Of a stretch of 63,639 bases of DNA, positions 55,901-63,639 are shown in pieces. The translations under genes and the position numbers were made by a program. Within the stretch, counting starts at the first letter, position 1; the number at the start of each line of letters is the position of its first letter. Below the pieces are notes generated by a model. That model worked only from the letters and a program-made list of their open reading frames with translations, was not told the origin of the DNA and searched no databases. The stretch is taken from positions 4,429,608 through 4,493,246 of the forward strand of contig NC_068989.1 in the NCBI RefSeq assembly GCF_001194135.2. The letters are read 5' to 3'. The DNA is from Octopus bimaculoides (taxonomy: Eukaryota).

Positions 55901-56168
55901 ATTGGTAGTACTTTTTGTTTTAGCCGTTGTTATAACATACTTAAACCGCCTGGACAGCTTCGAAGAATCATTTTCCAGCTTAATGCAAGGTTTCCTTAAT
56001 ATAAACTCAACAAAAACCATCAGCAATGGACTCTTGATTCACCTCTTTGCGGGTTTGTTATCGCATGCGTTCACTTACGTATCAGCACGAATATGCCTTA
56101 CACGTAGTGGTATTTACTTACCAACAATATTCGTCACTCCGATCACAATCTTGATCATAATTTTCGAC
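46876..56168 (+). CDS. CHS: Chitin-synthase-like N-terminal TM domain, partial (exons 46876-46887, 48627-48736, 50264-50390, 51968-52114, 55623->56168 gap; ~314 aa)
   Basis: GT-AG introns with matching phases (0,2,0,0). The product [12 protein letters not shown]...[22 protein letters not shown]...[17 protein letters not shown]...[10 protein letters not shown]...[30 protein letters not shown] resembles the CHS A-domain (W....VPE; LxSxxWW; FxxFACKIxxQxFxxAxPxxLxxP). Family assignment is by recalled pattern, not by alignment. Confidence 0.8.
47865..48590 (+). mobile_element. SINE family C copies (47865-48075, 48445-48590)
   Basis: Same core motif. Confidence 0.8.
48627..48736 (+). CDS. CHS: CHS N-terminal exon (ILFKIIGF...HESKETW)
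   Basis: ttttttccag acceptor, gtatgt donor; 110 nt; TG|G rebuilds Trp with the next exon. Confidence 0.8.
49330..49985 (+). mobile_element. Degenerate RTE-like reverse transcriptase fragment in an intron
   Basis: [17 protein letters not shown] and [14 protein letters not shown] resemble RT motifs FVDFxKAFDS and [13 protein letters not shown]. Confidence 0.7.
50264..50390 (+). CDS. CHS: CHS N-terminal exon ([18 protein letters not shown]...WPSLPSLVS)
   Basis: tctctttacag acceptor, gtatgt donor; 127 nt; VPE motif. Confidence 0.82.
50547..51016. mobile_element. Foldback MITE with ~185-bp imperfect TIRs
   Basis: The left arm tagaatatttaattagggtaatgtgaatttgaagtcttaca... pairs with the right arm; TA-rich ends. 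Confidence 0.8.
51968..52114 (+). CDS. CHS: CHS N-terminal exon ([25 protein letters not shown]...FKQGI)
   Basis: tgttttcag acceptor, gtaagt donor; 147 nt, phase 0/0; hydrophobic TM pattern. Confidence 0.8.
52849..53302. mobile_element. hAT-type MITE carrying an internal 16-bp minisatellite
   Basis: TIR cagtggtccccaacct / aggttgggaaccactg (1 mismatch); 8-bp flanks tcgcagta / ccgtagta (6/8 match). Confidence 0.75.
53320..55080 (-). mobile_element. Degenerate RTE-like LINE (RT plus upstream region)
   Basis: [35 protein letters not shown] and [13 protein letters not shown] fragments across frameshifts. Confidence 0.78.
55623..56168 (+). CDS. CHS: CHS N-terminal multi-TM exon, truncated by an assembly gap
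   Basis: Long pyrimidine tract plus ccag acceptor; 182 open codons with several TM segments running directly into Ns at 56169. Confidence 0.85.
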
Positions 56169-56611
56169 NNNNNNNNNNNNNNNNNNNNNNNNNNNNNNNN
56201 NNNNNNNNNNNNNNNNNNNNNNNNNNNNNNNNNNNNNNNNNNNNNNNNNNNNNNNNNNNNNNNNNNNNAACTGATGATGTCATTCCATCAACGTGTGGAC
56301 ACTGGTTGCTCTCGTTCAAACTTTATGTTTAAATTTCTATAATTTTGAATTTTTATCACTTCTTATTATGAAGTTGACAAAGACAGACTTACTGTTAAAA
56401 TATCGTCCAACTAATAAAATATCTTACATTCGAATGTACCCGGTGTATCCTTATCAGACGGGTAGTCATGATGGGTATACAGGGCTTCGTATATTTTTAC
56501 CCAGTGCCATACACTGCTCTCGCACTCAATAATAATAATGATAATGATGATAGTAATAATATTAGACTTACAGGAGAGTATTTGATAGTATCCCACATAA
56601 CTGGCTACTCA

Positions 56612-56612
<1 letters not shown>

Positions 56613-56668
<56 letters not shown>

Positions 56669-56689
56669 GTAATAATAATAATAATAATA

Positions 56690-56775
<86 letters not shown>
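56613..56775. repeat. (AAT)n microsatellite. Other long SSRs: (CTT)n 7690-7752, (AC)n 36797-36898 and 58868-58962, (AG)n 14726-14794, many (AT)n bordering gaps
   Basis: Direct reading. Confidence 0.95.
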
Positions 56776-57702
56776 NNNNNNNNNNNNNNNNNNNNNNNNN
56801 NNNNNNNNNNNNNNNNNNNNNNNNNNNNNNNNNNNNNNNNNNNNNNNNNNNNNNNNNNNNNNNNNNNNNNNNNNNNNNNNNNNNNNNNNNNNNNNNNNNN
56901 NNNNNNNNNNNNNNNNNNNNNNNNNNNNNNNNNNNNNNNNNNNNNNNNNNNNNNNNNNNNNNNNNNNNNNNNNNNNNNNNNNNNNNNNNNNNNNNNNNNN
57001 NNNNNNNNNNNNNNNNNNNNNNNNNNNNNNNNNNNNNNNNNNNNNNNNNNNNNNNNNNNNNNNNNNNNNNNNNNNNNNNNNNNNNNNNNNNNNNNNNNNN
57101 NNNNNNNNNNNNNNNNNNNNNNNNNNNNNNNNNNNNNNNNNNNNNNNNNNNNNNNNNNNNNNNNNNNNNNNNNNNNNNNNNNNNNNNNNNNNNNNNNNNN
57201 NNNNNNNNNNNNNNNNNNNNNNNNNNNNNNNNNNNNNNNNNNNNNNNNNNNNNNNNNNNNNNNNNNNNNNNNNNNNNNNNNNNNNNNNNNNNNNNNNNNN
57301 NNNNNNNNNNNNNNNNNNNNNNNNNNNNNNNNNNNNNNNNNNNNNNNNNNNNNNNNNNNNNNNNNNNNNNNNNNNNNNNNNNNNNNNNNNNNNNNNNNNN
57401 NNNNNNNNNNNNNNNNNNNNNNNNNNNNNNNNNNNNNNNNNNNNNNNNNNNNNNNNNNNNNNNNNNNNNNNNNNNNNNNNNNNNNNNNNNNNNNNNNNNN
57501 NNNNNNNNNNNNNNNNNNNNNNNNNNNNNNNNNNNNNNNNNNNNNNNNNNNNNNNNNNNNNNNNNNNNNNNNNNNNNNNNNNNNNNNNNNNNNNNNNNNN
57601 NNNNNNNNNNNNNNNNNNNNNNNNNNNNNNNNNNNNNNNNNNNNNNNNNNNNNNNNNNNNNNNNNNNNNNNNNNNNNNNNNNNNNNNNNNNNNNNNNNNN
57701 NN

Positions 57703-57763
<61 letters not shown>

Positions 57764-58029
57764 CGTAGTGGTAAAAAGACAAAGGGACAGAGAGCAAGAG
57801 TGAGGAAATATATGTGCTTTTAACAAAAGATTGAGAATGGTAGCAGTCTCAATGTTTCAGAGAGCTGACTGTATGAATGTATGAATGAATAAAGTGTACG
57901 TTTTAGAAATTTAAGATTTATGTAAAGAAGAAAGGAGAAGCGTTTTAACTTAATCTGAATTTAACGAAATGTAGCTTAATGTTTGAAATGGTCTGTGAGT
58001 GTGTGATTTCGGTTGAAGATTTTTACGAT

Positions 58030-58275
58030 GTCAACAAGGGCACATCCTTGAACAATATAGTGTCAATACTTGTAAGAAAAAAAAAGGAGTACTTAAGAAT
58101 GAATGGAAATTCGAAAACGTTAGGAAGAAGTTTGGTGTAGATACAAAAGGCCTGAATTTTGTAATTGAAGAACTGAAGCAGCGCATTCTTGCAAAAAAAG
58201 CAAAGCTAACCGGGTTTGAGCAACGGATTAAGCAATACCGACAAAACAAATTGTTTAGAACCGACGCCAAAAGAG
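58030..58275 (+). mobile_element. R4/Dong-like LINE, pre-RT fragment
   Basis: EELKQRILAKKAKL...KQYRQNKLF pattern on the plus strand. Confidence 0.65.
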
Positions 58276-58867
58276 TTGAATCTGTTATTATTATGTTCTG
58301 TTCTTTTACTTAGGATGAAAGAATAGAGCTAATGACCTGTACATGATGATCGAGACTGTTTTGATTGATTTCCCGATGTTTACTTTCAGCAGGCAAAATC
58401 GGGTTGTAGTGGGAAAGGGAATTCCAGAGGTTTGACTTCCTGAGTCGAAGGGATTGGAATAAGATTTAAAACAAAGTATTCGGGATGAGAAGACACAATA
58501 CAGGTGACGTGGGAAAGGATTAACGAATAACCTTGCTTCAACTTTCCATTATTTTTAATACCCGTTTAATTGAAAGTGATTTGTACCTAGCATGTTCTTT
58601 GAAGCCGTCAAATGATTAGAGTAAGAATAAAAGGATTTTGTGTGACGGAGCTTAAAGCGCGAAGGGTGTGTGACTATCACGTGATCTTATGAAAGTGGTG
58701 CAGTCAAGGATATCACAAGTGGAACAACGATAGCAGCAACAGCAGTAGCCTTCTGTTCTGATCATGACTTGAGCTTTTTAGACATTCAGTGATTGTTCAG
58801 GAAGTGTTTGTATATTATATATGGGATATTTTCTGAGTCATTCGCCACAGTGCTTTCGCATTTACAT

Positions 58868-58965
<98 letters not shown>

Positions 58966-60054
58966 CTACACACTTCTCTTCAGACACATTTCACTGCTTT
59001 TCAGATATGAACTCACGTGAAATACTTGCAATGTCACTCGTCTCAGTGCATTCGCACTCACATAGGTACGTACGTACTTACATATATACATACATACATA
59101 TATACATACATACATACATACATACATACATACATACGTACGTACGTACGTACGTACATACATACATACATGCCTTGAGAAATTAGGCTTCTCAAAACCA
59201 GAAAGGAGAAAGCTAATTCGAAGACTATAGATCCAATCCATCAATGGAACTGTAAAAATTCGTAAAACTCTCCAGGAGTTTGTCATTTAAATAAAACATA
59301 CAAATCTGCACATACATACATACATACATACATACATACATACATACATACATACATACATACATGCATGCATGCATGCATGCATACAAACAAAAATACC
59401 CTGTTATTGATGTTGAAATTCCACCGAAGGAGCCTTGGATCTAGGTTAGAAACCGGTTCTTTCTCCTTTGGCAAGAAATCTTGAAATAAACTGAATAATG
59501 ACATACATACCACCTCCTGCTGACTGCAAAATTCCTGCCGAATTAGCCGCAAAACACACACACACACACACACACACACGTCCATTTCATATGTCTTTCA
59601 CTTTCTCTATGATTATACACACGCCCAATACAATAGCTCTCACATACATTTTCGTCTTCAACAGGTATGTATCTATTCTATAATATAAATTGTTTTTCTA
59701 TAAGCGTATAACAATTACTTATCCCATACATCTACACTTAGCTTTTATCTTCACTTTTCTTTAATTGGATACGTCTGCTATTAATTCTTACATACAATTT
59801 CAGCGTTAATTCTTACAGCTTCATTTTCTATTAAAGCAATTCTTAACGTCAACTTCTTAATGCCTCTTCTCTTTTTTCCTAGACCCCATACTTACCGACA
59901 ACAGCGATTAGAAATTTTTCTAATGCAATTCCCCTTTCTTCGACCATTAACACAACCGGTTGCTCACAGACCTTAAAGTTTCTCATTCAAACTACATAAT
60001 ACGCAGAATTGTCGCATTAATACAGTAGGGAGATTTGAGGGAGATTTGGCTGCT

Positions 60055-60231
60055 ATGGAAAGTTCCGAGGAGGGGGAGGAATTATTTCCTGGAAATTTCC
60101 AAGTTGGGGGAGGAAATACTTCCTGTAAAGTTCCGAGGATGTGGGTAAATTACTTCCTGGAAAGTTCCAACGCAGGGGAGGAGGGGAGGAATTACTTACT
60201 GGAAAGTTCCGAGGAAGGGGAGGAGGGAGGA
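60055..60231. repeat. ~33-bp G-rich minisatellite (core ttcctggaaagttcc) running into a ~1-kb gap
   Basis: Five consecutive units visible before the Ns. Confidence 0.85.
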
Positions 60232-61232
60232 NNNNNNNNNNNNNNNNNNNNNNNNNNNNNNNNNNNNNNNNNNNNNNNNNNNNNNNNNNNNNNNNNNNNN
60301 NNNNNNNNNNNNNNNNNNNNNNNNNNNNNNNNNNNNNNNNNNNNNNNNNNNNNNNNNNNNNNNNNNNNNNNNNNNNNNNNNNNNNNNNNNNNNNNNNNNN
60401 NNNNNNNNNNNNNNNNNNNNNNNNNNNNNNNNNNNNNNNNNNNNNNNNNNNNNNNNNNNNNNNNNNNNNNNNNNNNNNNNNNNNNNNNNNNNNNNNNNNN
60501 NNNNNNNNNNNNNNNNNNNNNNNNNNNNNNNNNNNNNNNNNNNNNNNNNNNNNNNNNNNNNNNNNNNNNNNNNNNNNNNNNNNNNNNNNNNNNNNNNNNN
60601 NNNNNNNNNNNNNNNNNNNNNNNNNNNNNNNNNNNNNNNNNNNNNNNNNNNNNNNNNNNNNNNNNNNNNNNNNNNNNNNNNNNNNNNNNNNNNNNNNNNN
60701 NNNNNNNNNNNNNNNNNNNNNNNNNNNNNNNNNNNNNNNNNNNNNNNNNNNNNNNNNNNNNNNNNNNNNNNNNNNNNNNNNNNNNNNNNNNNNNNNNNNN
60801 NNNNNNNNNNNNNNNNNNNNNNNNNNNNNNNNNNNNNNNNNNNNNNNNNNNNNNNNNNNNNNNNNNNNNNNNNNNNNNNNNNNNNNNNNNNNNNNNNNNN
60901 NNNNNNNNNNNNNNNNNNNNNNNNNNNNNNNNNNNNNNNNNNNNNNNNNNNNNNNNNNNNNNNNNNNNNNNNNNNNNNNNNNNNNNNNNNNNNNNNNNNN
61001 NNNNNNNNNNNNNNNNNNNNNNNNNNNNNNNNNNNNNNNNNNNNNNNNNNNNNNNNNNNNNNNNNNNNNNNNNNNNNNNNNNNNNNNNNNNNNNNNNNNN
61101 NNNNNNNNNNNNNNNNNNNNNNNNNNNNNNNNNNNNNNNNNNNNNNNNNNNNNNNNNNNNNNNNNNNNNNNNNNNNNNNNNNNNNNNNNNNNNNNNNNNN
61201 NNNNNNNNNNNNNNNNNNNNNNNNNNNNNNAC

Positions 61233-61278
<46 letters not shown>

Positions 61279-62335
61279 AGTATATGAGTATATGCATATA
61301 TATGTACATGTATGTATATACGTTCATCTACATGTACATATAGATACATAACTGGGTATATGACGTGGCAAAAGAACAAGGACAAAATGGTAAACAAGGT
61401 GCAACAAACAAGCAGGTCACATAGAAACATCCCCTTCATCAGCTGCCACCATTAAAACTCCGGCGTTTAAGCCTTTATTTTATAAGCATAGACGTACCCA
61501 TTTTCTTATTTATTTCTTTATGGTTTTAACCTGAAATATCGTCTTCCGCTAATCTTCCACCAATTTTATTCCCGGTATTTTTCTTGGGGAGCGCTGAAAA
61601 TTTTAAAAATTTTTGTCCAGTCGTCCATTACTTGTCTTCACTGGTCCAGTTCAATATTAGTATTAGGGGTGACAGACTATAATAAATAAGTCTTTATCTC
61701 ATATTTTATTTTTATTTTAAAATATTCTCTTTTTTCGGCTTACCCATTATTATGTAGTATCTGATTCTAACAATTTTGAAATTAAATAAGCACTCAAACG
61801 TAACCGTGTATATAATTATAAAAAATACATATTAATTAACGCTAGCATTAAGTTCTTACATCTTTTAAGTAATTTAATCCCTTTGATACTTACAGAGTGT
61901 AACAAATCGTCTAGAATGGTTTTCACCTAAATTAAGCAATAAAGCGCTGGTATTTTCGCTTTACATAGCACGGCCTGCTGAGAACATACGCGCGCACACA
62001 CCCACACATACAAACTTGCTGTACATATATATGCATATACTCATATATTGTTTGTATCACGACAGAACGCACGCGTTACCTTTATACAGTAAGTTTTAAC
62101 TATTGTTCTAACGCGACTCTCTCTATTTCTATCTCCCCCTCTCATTCTTCCCTCTACTGCTCTTCGCCTCTACCTGTCACTACTTCTCTCTCTCTCTCTC
62201 TCTATTTCTTGTTACTCGTCCTTCGCCTCTCACCGTTACTACTACTATCTCTCTCTCTCTCTACCTCTCGTTGCTCACTTTTATTCTACTTCCTCCCCTC
62301 CTTTTCCCTCTGCTACTCTTTCTCTTCACACAGCC

Positions 62336-63604
62336 TTGCATTACAAGAGAACTTGCAGAAGGTGGTGGGCGAAACCTGCTGTACTCTTTCTGTCAGCTTT
62401 TGCACCTGTATTTCAAAAGGCCAACCTTGTCGTGTCACGCTCTGTTTCACGCTGAATCTCACCGAGAACTGGCACCTTAATTTCACGAGCAGGCTGTTCT
62501 ATTGATCGGATCAATTGGAGCCCTCGTCGTCGTAACTGAAGGAGTGCCACGATGCTTATATTGTGCCATACACCTATCTCACAGTTTTGGAGACAATCTA
62601 TTTAAACTATTTTAATAATAAATTTTAATTAATCTTGATAGATTGTCTCCAAAACCGCAAGTAGGGATTTAATATAGAGAGGAAAAACGGGGAATATTTT
62701 GTATGAGGGCGAAAGATTTAGATGAAGCTGGATAATATAAATCTATAGGTTTATCGGTAAATTAGAATATCGTTCAAGTTATGATTTATTCAGTGCAATG
62801 CAATATTAAAGCAAAATAAGTTTTTGGTATAAATGAATAAGTTATGGGTTTGATATATCTACTTACGAAGAGACAAAATACAGTAAATATAGTTATTAAG
62901 CGAGAGAGAAAGAAATACAAACGAAGGTATTTTGATAATATAACATGGATATAAATATGCATAAACAGAAGTAAATAGAATTGCCAGTCAAGGGGGAGGT
63001 AATAATTGATAAATTACTGGAAAAACCAAAATTGATTATAGAAATTAGTGAATGAGACCAAAAGAGTGAAAGAGATCTACTTAGATAAATAAATATATTA
63101 AATAAATCAATAAGTTAACCTTAAACTTAAATAAATAAAATAAAGAGGTTAGATAAAAAAGTTAAAAAAAAAAAAAAAAATTAGTGTCTTATGAGACAGG
63201 TGCAAGGTATCAGGTAAATAAATTATGTTTAATTATAAGGTATGTGGTGTTATAACTCTAAAATGTTAAAGTATTCATCTAAGAAATAGGAAGAAATTAA
63301 AATGGGTAATTTATGTGAGTAAAGGCTGGATGATAAAAGAAAATATAAGTTACTGTATTGTGAGATAGGTGTATGGCACAATATAAGCATCGTGGCACTC
63401 CTTCAGTTACGACGACGAGGGCTCCAATTGATCCGATCAATAGAACAGCCTGCTCGTGAAATTAAGGTGCCAGTTCTCGGTGAGATTCAGCGTGAAACAG
63501 CGTGACACGACAAGGTTGGCCTTTTGAAATACAGGTGCAAAAGCTGACAGAAAGAGTACAGCAGGTTTCGCCCACCACCTTCTGCAAGTTCTCTTGTAAT
63601 GCAA
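62336..63604. repeat. 248-bp near-perfect inverted repeat (62336-62583 / 63359-63604)
   Basis: Arms read by eye as identical except for a 2-nt indel; they comprise a SINE-A tail plus shared non-SINE flank. Confidence 0.9.
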
Positions 63605-63639
63605 ATATGTGAATGAAAATATAGTTTAGTTGGTAGCCA

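Noticed and set aside
56269-56340. Continuation of the 55623 exon after the gap
   Set aside because: All frames close within about 25 codons without a convincing donor.
60055-60231. CRISPR-like periodicity
   Set aside because: Eukaryotic context, no unique spacers and no cas genes; it is a tandem minisatellite.

Overview
AT-rich, repeat-dense eukaryotic genomic DNA with many N gaps. The SINE, LINE and microsatellite landscape looks like an octopus/coleoid draft assembly (inference, not verified). The main content is a chitin synthase (GT2). Eight minus-strand exons (37262->23180) splice in frame into about 802 aa with KKRWSQ, TDSD (DxD), CCPGCFSLYR, GEDRW, QRRRW and SWGTR motifs plus C-terminal TM helices. 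Five plus-strand exons (46876->56168, cut off by a gap) splice in frame into about 314 aa of a chitin-synthase-like N-terminal TM domain. The two halves are complementary and non-overlapping but face opposite directions. This points to a mis-oriented scaffold block (favoured), a real inversion, or two divergent paralogs. The rest of the window holds tRNA-derived SINEs with swappable head/tail modules, R4/Dong-like and RTE-like LINE fragments, DD37D (maT) mariner relics, several MITEs, a degenerate hammerhead-like motif, a 248-bp near-perfect inverted duplication and satellites. Nearly all long ORFs in the supplied track are microsatellite or N-run artefacts.
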